From assembly GCF_006345805.1 (NCBI RefSeq), contig NC_043019.1:29325360-29389359 (forward strand): a stretch of 64,000 nucleotides of DNA, written 5' to 3'. The translations under genes were made by a program, and so were the position numbers. Origin of the DNA: Octopus sinensis (lineage: Eukaryota). Positions 27,885-37,612 of this stretch are shown here, piece after piece; within the stretch, counting starts at the first letter, position 1; every line of letters begins with the position of its first letter. Below the pieces are notes generated by a model, which was not told where the DNA came from, searched no databases, and worked only from the letters and a program-made list of their open reading frames with translations.

Positions 27885-29419
27885 TCAGAACCACACTAAT
27901 ACCTTAGGAGTGAAATTTAGGATTTCTCGGTTTTCTGTGAATCGATTTTGATAAAACTTTTTCCAGCTGGTTTGCACACTATGGCAACACCATTGATAAG
28001 TTTTCGTTATTTTGTGTAATGGCCTTTTTTTTTTATTTCAGATTCTTCAGTTTTTGGATGAACCATGCTAATAGCTTTTGAATGAAAATAGCCCATCTAG
28101 ACATTTTTTTTTTTTTTTCAGAAAATGAAGAGTAATGATACATATTAAGTATACATTGAGTATATATTTAACAGAAAATCATAATAATATTATAACATTT
28201 ATTGACATAATGGAATTATTTAGCCACATGAGCACCAAGGAAGAAACAATCTAATTGTGAGACCTCCAAGACAGTGACAGCTAGGGATTTAAGGAATATT
28301 GGCTGCAGGTTACATGGGAAACCTGGACAAACAAGCTAAGCCATTTTCACCACCTACAAACTTCCTAATGCATCAAAAACCACCAGAAATCATATCCTTG
28401 GGACCATGGCTTCCATGCAAGAATCCCTGAAACTGCTTTCTCACAAGTGTTTCAGGCTTCAATGGGCCCAAAAGTACAAGGATGTTAGACATGAGTTGTG
28501 TTCTGTTCACTGACAAAATCAGGACGACCCTTGAAAAACCCGACAGTTGGGCAAATGGTTGGGTCTGTTTTGGAGATGAGTGTCACCAACGTTTACGATG
28601 TCAACAACAAGGTGGAGTAGTCATGTTGTGGGCTGGTATCATTGGGGACAGACTTGTTGGGCCAGTCAGGGTACATGAAGAGGTTAAAGTGACCACAGCC
28701 TGTTGCAATCTCCTGATGGAGGTCTTGGACCACTGGCTAGATGACATACTGCTGTCACTTCTAAGGAATCTCGTATTCATGCATGACAACACGCCCTCTC
28801 ATTCTGCCAGGACCAGCCAAACATTCCTAAAGTCTTACGGCATACAAGGTGAAAGGTTGATAGAGTGGCCACTAGCATCTCCAGATCTCAACCCTATTGA
28901 AAATCTTTGGCCTATCATTAAACAAGATGTTTATGCTAATGGATGCCAACTTACATCAAAAGATGTCTTATTGGCAACCATCAAAGCTGCAGTTGAGGAA
29001 GTCTAACTTGCTACTATTAAGAAATTGACAGATTCCATAACTAATCGGGTTTTTGAAGTTATCCGTCGAAATGGCACTCATGTGGCTAAATAATTCATTA
29101 TGTTAATAAATGTTATAATATTATTATAGTTTTCTGTTAAATATATACTCAATGTATGCTTAATATGTATCATTACCCTTCATTTTCAGGGAAAAAAAAT
29201 GTCTAGATGGGCTAATTTCATTCAAAAGCTATTATCATGGTTCCTCCAAAAACTGAAGAATCTGAAATAAAAAAGAAAGGACATTACACAGAATAATGAA
29301 AACATAACAATGGTGTTGTTATAGTGTGCAAGCCAGCTGCAAAAAGTTTTATCAAAATCAATTCACAGAAAACCGATAAATCCTAAATTTCACTCCTATG
29401 CTATTAGTATGGTTCTGGG
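27885..29419 (+). mobile_element. Tc1-like DNA transposon, internally deleted, ~350-bp terminal inverted repeats
   Basis: 27885-~28237 is the reverse complement of ~29075-29419 (CAGAACCACACTAATAC... / ...GCTATTAGTATGGTTCTG, extending to TTATTTAGCCACATGAG / CTCATGTGGCTAAATAA). TA at 27883-27884 and 29420-29421. Encloses a transposase relic. Confidence 0.88.
28260..29093 (+). pseudogene. Tc1-family DDE transposase relic (DD37E spacing)
   Basis: ORF 28482-29006: VLFTD...VMLWAGI...VFMHDNTPSH...WPLASPDLNPIENLW, with 37 residues between the second D and the E. Continues past an in-frame stop to RRNGTHVAK* (29093). The N-terminal part is frameshifted and truncated. Confidence 0.85.
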
Positions 29420-29849
29420 TATGTATCTGATATATAATATATAGTACATCTAGTGTGAATTGTAGTAAATTTGTTGTGTAATATATAGTATATCTAGAAT
29501 GTAATATAATGTATATGTTGTGTAATATATATCTATATCTGGCAATAAACAGTAAATCTTATATATAATATACAGTATATAACTTATAGTATATCTGGTA
29601 TGTGATATATCCAATATCTGATAAGTAATATATAATACATCAACTATGTGATATTCTATTATCCAACATCCTCTTCCTTTCCATAAGGAGCAGTCCACTA
29701 AAAAAAAAGGGATGTTTTATATTCAATAATGGCCAATCTGCTTTCACCATTTAAGCATTATCCATAGCAACATCAACAGTTTCAGTAAATTGAACATTGC
29801 ATCTTCATAAATCCAGATTAATTATGGAAATGCAATGTATGTCTTTCAT

Positions 29850-30105
29850 AAAGACTGCATTTGAACAGGCAGACACGCGATTGCACATGAATGATGACAG
29901 TTGAGCAAAGAAGTACCAAGCAAACCAAGTGGAAGAACCTGCAGGAGAGGAAGTCCAATGAAGATGTAGAAAGCAGTAACAAAGGCTGATCTCAGAATGC
30001 TACGCCTCATAAAGGAGATTGTGACAAGCACTAAGACAAACTGCTAGAGAAGAATGGACCAACCTATGCAAACATATAAAAACTGACATAAAATGATGAT
30101 AATAA
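29850..30105 (+). mobile_element. Degenerate RTE LINE 3' fragment
   Basis: GGAGAGGAAGTCCAATGAAGATG (GRP-like) and GCTGATCTCAGAATGCT (ADLRML), followed by an ATGATGATAAT tail. Confidence 0.5.
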
Positions 30106-30372
30106 TAATTCTCTTTATAAAACAGGCAGATTATTGTTCTCAGGAATTGCTGCAGAAATGTTCTTATCATGACTCCTGTCAGCAAGTCTCCTCAAGCTGT
30201 GGTAATACTATTTTCAGTCTTTCAAAATATTCTCTACATCTCCAAAGACAACAATCTTAAATTCCTAAAGTTTCTGTTTTTTGTGTGTGGATTATACAAG
30301 AAACAATGGACAAATTTGGTTCACATATAAAATAATAAAACTTGTTCTCAAAGTACACACCAATAGCTACAA

Positions 30373-30379
<7 letters not shown>

Positions 30380-30416
<37 letters not shown>

Positions 30417-30516
30417 ACAATAAAAGGCTTCCAAATAAGGAAGCGTTGTGCCAGAACACAAAAAGGGATAAATTCATGAAAGGAATGAAAATTAAAAACA
30501 TTTACAAATTTGCTTG

Positions 30517-30565
<49 letters not shown>

Positions 30566-30616
30566 TTGTGTGTGTGTGTGTATATATATGTGTGTGTGTG
30601 TATGTGTATATATATA

Positions 30617-30650
<34 letters not shown>

Positions 30651-30675
30651 GTGTGTGTGTGTGTGTTGTGTGTGT

Positions 30676-30711
<36 letters not shown>

Positions 30712-30730
30712 ATATATGCATGTGTGTGTA

Positions 30731-30770
<40 letters not shown>
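30380..30770. repeat. Compound (TA)n/(TG)n microsatellite, left flank of the ribozyme array
   Basis: Directly visible. Confidence 0.9.
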
Positions 30771-30773
<3 letters not shown>

Positions 30774-30989
30774 CAATTTAGGGTAGCAAAAAATTCAGTA
30801 AAAATTTATCGCTACCAGCGGCCTAGTGGAAAAGAGAAAATAGTCAAAGACTAAATATGTATAAATATAACAATTTAGGAATGGCCTAAACAGGCCATTC
30901 GTCCACCCGAAAGAGCAGCCAGAACTCAAACCGCCAAGTAGTGCAATTCGGAAATAAGGTGAAAATTTTAAAACGTTTACCCTAATTCA

Positions 30990-31090
30990 TCTTTTATACG
31001 ATGCATCGTTTCGGTGTTTTTAATGATAGACCAGCTTAATTAAATTAAATTAAGCTAGTCTACCATAGGTCACACTTCATCAGTAAAAGA
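30990..31090 (-). ncRNA. Type I hammerhead ribozyme (minus-strand copy)
   Basis: The plus strand reads TCTTTTATACGATGCATCGTTTCGGTGT...CACACTTCATCAGTAAAAGA, the reverse complement of the 32296-32394 motif. Confidence 0.85.
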
Positions 31091-31821
31091 AACCTGGGAG
31101 AGACGAATATACACGAGGCGACTGTATCAATGCCTCGGGAATATCGGTCTTAAAATTTTCAAGACTAACGCATTCGCGCAAAACTTATCGGCAGCAAATA
31201 TAAACTGCCGATTCAATCTCAGAATTAGTCAGAAAATTATCAATTAATCAATTAGGGTAGCAAAAAATTCAGTAAAAATTTATCGCTACCAGCGGCCTGT
31301 GGAAAGAGAAAATAGTCAAAGACTAAATATATATAAATATAACAATTTAGGAATGGCCTAAACAGGCCATTCGTCCACCAGAAAGAGCAGCCAGAACTCA
31401 AACCGCCAAGTAGTGCAATTCGGAAATAAGGTGAAAATTTAAAAAATTAGGGTAAACGTTTTTTTAAAATTTTCACCTTATTTCCGAATTGCAATACTTG
31501 GCGGTTTGAGTTCTGGCTGCTCTTCTGGTGGACGAATGGCCTGTTAGTTTAGGCCATTCCTAAATTGTTATATTTATATATATTTAGTCTTTGACTATTT
31601 TCTCTTTTCCACTAGGCCGCTGGTAGCGATAAATTTTTACTGAATTTTTTGCTACCCTAAATTGATTAATGATAATTTTCTGACTAATTCTGAGATTGAA
31701 TCGGCAGTTTATATTTGCTGCCGATAAGTTTGGCGCGAATGCGTTAGTCTTGAAAATTTTAAGACAGATATTCCCGAGGCATTGATACAAGTCGCCTCGT
31801 GTATATTGTCTCTCCCAGGTT

Positions 31822-31924
31822 TCTTTTACTGATGAAGTTTTGACCTATGGTAGACTAGCTTAATTTAATTTAATTAAGCTGTCTATCATTATAAAAACAC
31901 CGAAACGATGCATCGTATAAAAGA
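31822..31924 (+). ncRNA. Type I hammerhead ribozyme (copy with GTGT>GTTT change at base of stem II)
   Basis: Same motif: CTGATGA at 31829-31835, CGAAACGATGCATCGTA ending 31917 (predicted cleavage site). One stem II mismatch and small indels relative to the other copies. Confidence 0.75.
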
Positions 31925-32295
31925 TGATTAGGGTAAACGTTTTAAAATTTTCACCTTATTTCCGAATTGCACTACTTGGCGGTTTGAGTTCTGGCTGCTC
32001 TTTCGGTGGACGAATGGCCTGTTTAGGCCATTCCTAAATTGTTATATTTATATATATTTAGTCTTTGACTCTTTTCTCTTTTCCACTAGGCCGCTGGCGA
32101 TATAAATTTTTACTGAATTTTTTGCTACCCTAAATTGATTAATTGATAATTTTCTGACTAATTCTGAGATTGAATCGGCAGTTTTATTTTGCTGCCGATA
32201 AGTTTGGCGCGAATGCGTTAGTCTTGAAAATTTTAAGACAGATATTCCCGAGGCATTGATACAGTCGCCTCGTGTATATTCGTCTCTCCCAGGTT

Positions 32296-32394
32296 TCTTT
32301 TACTGATGAAGTGTGACCTATGGTAGACTAGCTTAATTTATTTAATTAAGCTGGTCTATCATTAAAAACACCGAAACGATGCATCGTATAAAAG
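32296..32394 (+). ncRNA. Type I hammerhead ribozyme (intact copy)
   Basis: TCTTTTA-CTGATGA-AGTGT...ACACC-GAAA-CGATGCATCG-TA-TAAAAGA. Stem I TCTTTTA/TAAAAGA (7 bp), core CUGAUGA at 32303-32309, GAAA, stem III CGAT/ATCG, predicted GUA cleavage after 32388. Confidence 0.85.
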
Positions 32395-32511
32395 ATGAAT
32401 TAGGGTAAACGTTTTTAAATTTTCACCTTATTTCCGAATTGCACTACTTGGCGGTTTGAGTTCTGGCTGCTCTTTCTGGTGGACGAATGGCCTGTTTAGG
32501 CCATTCCTAAT

Positions 32512-32700
<189 letters not shown>

Positions 32701-33489
32701 CTGCCCTTATATAAGTGATGCTTAAATAACCAAATACAACAGTATAGATCATTCTTTTGTTTTGCATCTTGTCTTTTTTGTTCCGTTTCTATTTTCAGGC
32801 CATCTCAAATAGGATCAAAAAGTTAACAAGTGTATGGTAAGGGGAGAGGTGAAAGTTAGTAGCTTGTGGATCGTTCTAAACAGCTATTAGATGGAATAGC
32901 CATCATTTGTACAAACACTACTTACTAGTACTTTTTCAGTAAAGAATTCAAATTTGGGTTTTGTCGATATCGTTTATCATGTTAATAATAAATCTCTCAT
33001 TGTTTTGAACACAGCTTACTCTCCCTTTCTTTTGCTCAACCCACAAAAAATCAGTAGAGAAAGGCAAAATATAATACAAAGAAAAATAGAGAGTAAGGGA
33101 TATGTATCATGATAACATACATAAAATGATCATAATGTAAGTATGTCTATGTATGTAACCAAAACTCTAAACAACCTTTCAGAGCAATCAAACGATAGTA
33201 CTTGTTTTAACAGCCCTGAAAGGATGAAAGGCAAAGTCGACCTTAGTCGAATTTGAACTCAGAATGTAAAGATGAATGAAATGCCACGAAGCAATTTGCC
33301 CAGCGTGCTAATGATTCTGCCAGCTTGCAACCTTTACAAGAACTAGTATATACAAATTTACTTCTCATCTGTTATATACTTTATATATTCTATCACCTTT
33401 GGCATTTCATCCACCTAATTATATCTATAACACCTATTTACTTTTGCTTCTATCACCTTACTAGCCTGCTTATTCATTTATACAGCACA

Positions 33490-34740
33490 CAAAAAATAGG
33501 GACGATGTGTGCTTCCCCACGGACAAGTCTGGCAGAATGTTGATAGACAGTCTGCTGAGCTACATCATCAATATGAGGGAACCAATGATACGAGAGTATG
33601 AGGAGAGAGAGAGAAGATCCTCGATGCTCATATGATGATGTGGTCAAACATCCTAGGAACAAAAAAGCACACGGCCAACAACTTCCAGGCCACTAATAAT
33701 GACATCCCAGCACTGTATGGGCTCTGCAGGGACCATATGGTGACCACTGACCCAGTGACAGGACCACCAACGAGACCAGTCTGTGGAGCCAACGTTGCCG
33801 ACAACTGCTGGATCTCCTACGTCCTCTCTATGATCCTATAACCTCTGATCAAATGTCCCTGGATGTGTGCAACAGCACAGAGGACCTCCTCAGCAGAATC
33901 AATGAATGCAACCATGTCTATGGCCTGAAAGGATGCATAATAGGCAGTATGGATGTCTTATCCTTATACCCATCCATTGATGTTGATTTTGCTGATCAGA
34001 AATGTGTGGAGGTAATCAGTGAGAGCAACATGGAGTTTTGTGGTGTTGACACAGAAGAACTGGGCCTTCTCTTGTGACTGACATGTGACAATGATCACTT
34101 AGATGAACATGACCTTAGTTGTTTCTGCCCCACTAGATCAGTAAAAAGTAAATCCCCTATTATAACCTCTATGGCCAAGAAGACCTCTGGGGAGAGATGG
34201 AATGAGTGGACCAGAGCTATACAGACCCCTGTAAACGATGATCAGGTTAAAAAGATGGTCGCACCTGTGGTGGGTGGGAGTACCAAAATCACACTCAAGG
34301 GCCACATATTTAAGTTTAATAACAAGATATATTATTTCTTTATTGCCCACAAGGGGCTAAACACAGAGGGGACAAACAAAGACAGACAAAGGGATTAAGT
34401 CGATTACATCGACCCCAGTGCGTAACTGGTACTTAATTTATCGACCCCGAAAGGATGAAAGGCAAAGTCAACCTTGGCGGAATTTGAACTCAGAACGTAA
34501 TGGTAGACGAAATACCGCTAAGCATTTCGCCCGGCATGCTAATGTTTCTGCCAGCTCGGCGCCTTAATAACAAGATATATGCCCAAGAGGAAGGTGCAGC
34601 CATCGGTGTCAGTATTGCTGGCGATGTAGCTAACCTATTTATGGTATGGTGGGATAGGAGACTCAAAGATGAATTAGCAGAGAACTCCATAAACCTAACC
34701 ATGTACTCTCACCAAAGCACCCCTACAAGACAATGTTCAT
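33490..34740 (+). pseudogene. Decayed Penelope-like element (PLE) reverse transcriptase
   Basis: Frameshifted translation gives PLE-RT-type motifs: FPTDKSGR, PALYGL.RDH, PPTRPVCGA, IIGSMDVLSLYPSID and, after removing a SINE, FKFNNKIYAQEEGAAIGVSIAGDVANLFMVWWD. Stops and frameshifts are present. Confidence 0.8.
34333..34563 (-). mobile_element. tRNA-derived SINE, family B, inserted in the PLE RT
   Basis: Reverse complement of the GGCG.CGAGCTGGCAGAAACATTAGC...GAGTTCAAATTCCGCC SINE, with a perfect 17-bp TSD TTAATAACAAGATATAT (34316-34332 and 34564-34580). Confidence 0.9.
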
Positions 34741-34906
34741 CTGGAAGCTAACACTATGGAGAGTATCCAGCAAATAACTAACTCCATCTGCCAGACTATT
34801 AAAGTAATGAGAGACTACCCTAACAAGCACCTGAACACTGGGGTTGATGCAATTGACTCATCCCCTCCTCCAAAAAATTACTGTCCTTGTGGCAAAATTT
34901 GAAACC

Positions 34907-34940
<34 letters not shown>

Positions 34941-36613
34941 GTAGTAGTAGTATAGTAGTAGTAGTAGTAGTAGTAGTAAAGCAGGAAGATGTCAGCATCA
35001 TTAGCATGAAAGACAAAATGGTCAGCAACATTTCTTCCTGCTATTTACACTCTGACTTCAAATCCTATCAAGGTCAACTTTCATGCTTTCGGGGTCAATA
35101 AAATAAAATACCAGCCATGTACTGGGGTTGATATAATCAACTGGCCACTTCCTTCAAAAGCTTGCTAACCTATCAAGGTCAACTTTCATGCTTTCAGGGT
35201 CAATAAAATAAAATACCAGCCATGTACTGGGGTTGATATAATCAACTGGCCACCTCCTTCAAAAGCTTGCTAACCTTGTAACAAAATTTGTAACCACTAA
35301 AGGATGAAAGGTCAGTTTTGTCTTTCATCCTTTAAGGGGGTCGATAAAATAAATATCAGTTGATTACCAATGTAATCGACTTACCCCAACCCCAACCCTC
35401 AAAACTGCTGGTTTTGTGCCAAAATTGGAAATTATTATCATTATTATTATTTAGTAGTAGTAGTTTTTCTTCTTTCAATTTTGTTTCTATTCCTTGCTGA
35501 GTGTCTTCCGAACTCCTAGAGTAAAGAAACTAACTGTGTACATTGATGATAGGCCATTTAACTAAACACACCAAATTGTTCATTTTCAAAATGAAATGAA
35601 GTTAGGTGGAAAAAATAAATATATAAATAAAATGCATAGGTATTATTATTATTATTATTAATAATATTATTATTATTTACATTCTTTCCTCCTTTACCTC
35701 AATCCATTTACACACTTATTTACAATAGATCTTCCAACATTATCCTGTTCTTGTTTTGTTTTCTTCTTTTTGCATGTGTGTGCTTCCATAATTTATACGT
35801 CTTGCCCGAGTTTTTCTTTTCTTTTTTTTTCAAAGATATTTCCTTATTTTTCCACTTGCATTTTTATTTATTGATTAACCTGAATTCTTTAAAATCTGTA
35901 AACCTTTTTTTTTTTTCAGAACAGCTCCTCTTAATTTAAAGTATTCATTTCGCTTTTTTCTACTTTTTACCTGTTGTTCTTTTTTGATAATCAACCATTA
36001 AGCCATTTTTAGAATGCTTGAATCATCTCATACATTTAGCTAGCCACAATTATTCCCTCACTCAACAAACTCACAAAAATCTTGTTATACATGTTATTAT
36101 TCAAAGTTATTTCTAAGTCATGTCTCCCAGGAATTGATTCTTTCATTGTAGTAGGATTGCATAACATTCTTCTCTCTTTGTCTCTACATGGGATTTAATT
36201 CAATTTTAACTCATTTTAATCTAACCAATTAAATAAGTATCTTAGCCAAACCACACAAAACCAACTCGTAATTTACTTAAGCAGTGATAGATAAATACCA
36301 TTATTAATTGAATTCACTTATTAACTAATTAATTTATATATTTATTCATTTCTTCTTCTTTCTTAATGCCTGTCTCAAAAATTTTGATATTTAACTAAAT
36401 GTCTTAAATAGATTTAACTTACATTTCAATATCTATCTTTTAACATTATAAATATAAACTACAACATTATTCACTTTTACTAAACTTAGTCTAGCAAATT
36501 TTCCATCTGAAAATAACGGCCAATTCAAATTATTGCTTCCTACATACTTAATTTAATGTATTTAATGCTTATGGATTTTTTTCCACTCACTATATATGAA
36601 TCATATTGTGCAT

Positions 36614-36646
<33 letters not shown>

Positions 36647-37126
36647 CCCTTCTTTAAGCAAGCTTAGCCTTCTTCTCCCTTTGCTTTTAACTATTTATAT
36701 TCATAGACAACTTCTAGATATTTCTCTAGTGTTGGATAATTTTGTCTTGGACAGAAACTGAATTTTCTAAATCTGTAGAATTCATTTTAATAGAAATACA
36801 AGGTTTCACATGTGTGTGCGTGCATATGCATATATAAAATTCAATACACAAATACATGTGTGTGTATGAATGCACACAACTATGGGTGCATTTACAACTT
36901 TAGCATGCAAAATATATGTGTGTTGCCAGTCAGAACTTCGAAGTCACTGTCTACTTTTTCCCAGTAGAAGTTGAATAAACACACTCTACCGAAAAATATT
37001 GAGTAATCCTTCATTTTAATATTAAATTGCTTTTGTATATAACTGGACATAAAAACAAAACATTAACATGCATGCATGTATGTATGTATGAAGGGGGAAG
37101 GTAATTTATTTCTTTTATAAATATAT

Positions 37127-37306
37127 AGGCATAGGAGTGGCTGTGTTGTAAGTAGCTTGCTTATGAACCACATGGTTCCAGGTTCAGTCCCACTGCATGG
37201 CACCTTGGGCAAGTGTCTTCTACTATAGCCTTGGGTTGACCAAAGCCTTGTGAGTGGATTTGGTAGATGGAAATTGAAAGAAGCCTGTCGTATATATGTG
37301 TGTGTG

Positions 37307-37353
<47 letters not shown>

Positions 37354-37545
37354 GTGTGTGTTTGTGTGCCTGTGCTTGACAACTGTGTGTTTATGTCCCC
37401 GTCACTTAGCGGTTCGGCAAGAGAGACTGATAGAATAAGTACTAGGCTTACAAAGAATAAATCTTGGGATTGATTTGCTCTCGACTAAAGGCAGTGCTCC
37501 AGCATGGCCACAGTCAAATGACTTAAAAGAGTAAAAGAGAGTGTA
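37127..37545 (+). mobile_element. SINE family A
   Basis: Full-length homologous copy. Confidence 0.83.
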
Positions 37546-37563
37546 AAGAGTATATATACATAT

Positions 37564-37612
<49 letters not shown>

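Larger units (their letters stand above)
30771..32515. mobile_element. Hammerhead-ribozyme-containing tandem/inverted array (retrozyme-like or PLE pseudo-LTR array), ~472-bp monomer
   Basis: Near-identical unit repeats: AGGGTAGC at ~30781 and ~31255 (period 474), inversion at ~31445, then opposite-orientation copies (GCTACCC at ~31651 and ~32124, period 473). About 1.4 units in one orientation and 2.3 in the other. Each complete unit has a full hammerhead core. Flanked on both sides by (TA)n/(TG)n. Confidence 0.85.

Noticed and set aside
30771-32135. Pure long-read fold-back chimera as the explanation of the palindrome
   Set aside because: The flanking microsatellites are collinear rather than mirrored, and unique sequence beyond them is not inverted. 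Not fully excluded, because the inter-copy single-base indels resemble read errors.
30771-32515. Considered as a CRISPR array, mitochondrial control-region insert or telomeric repeat
   Set aside because: Units are ~472 bp without unique spacers, there are no adjacent mitochondrial genes, and only isolated TTAGGG hexamers occur. The hammerhead core explains it better.
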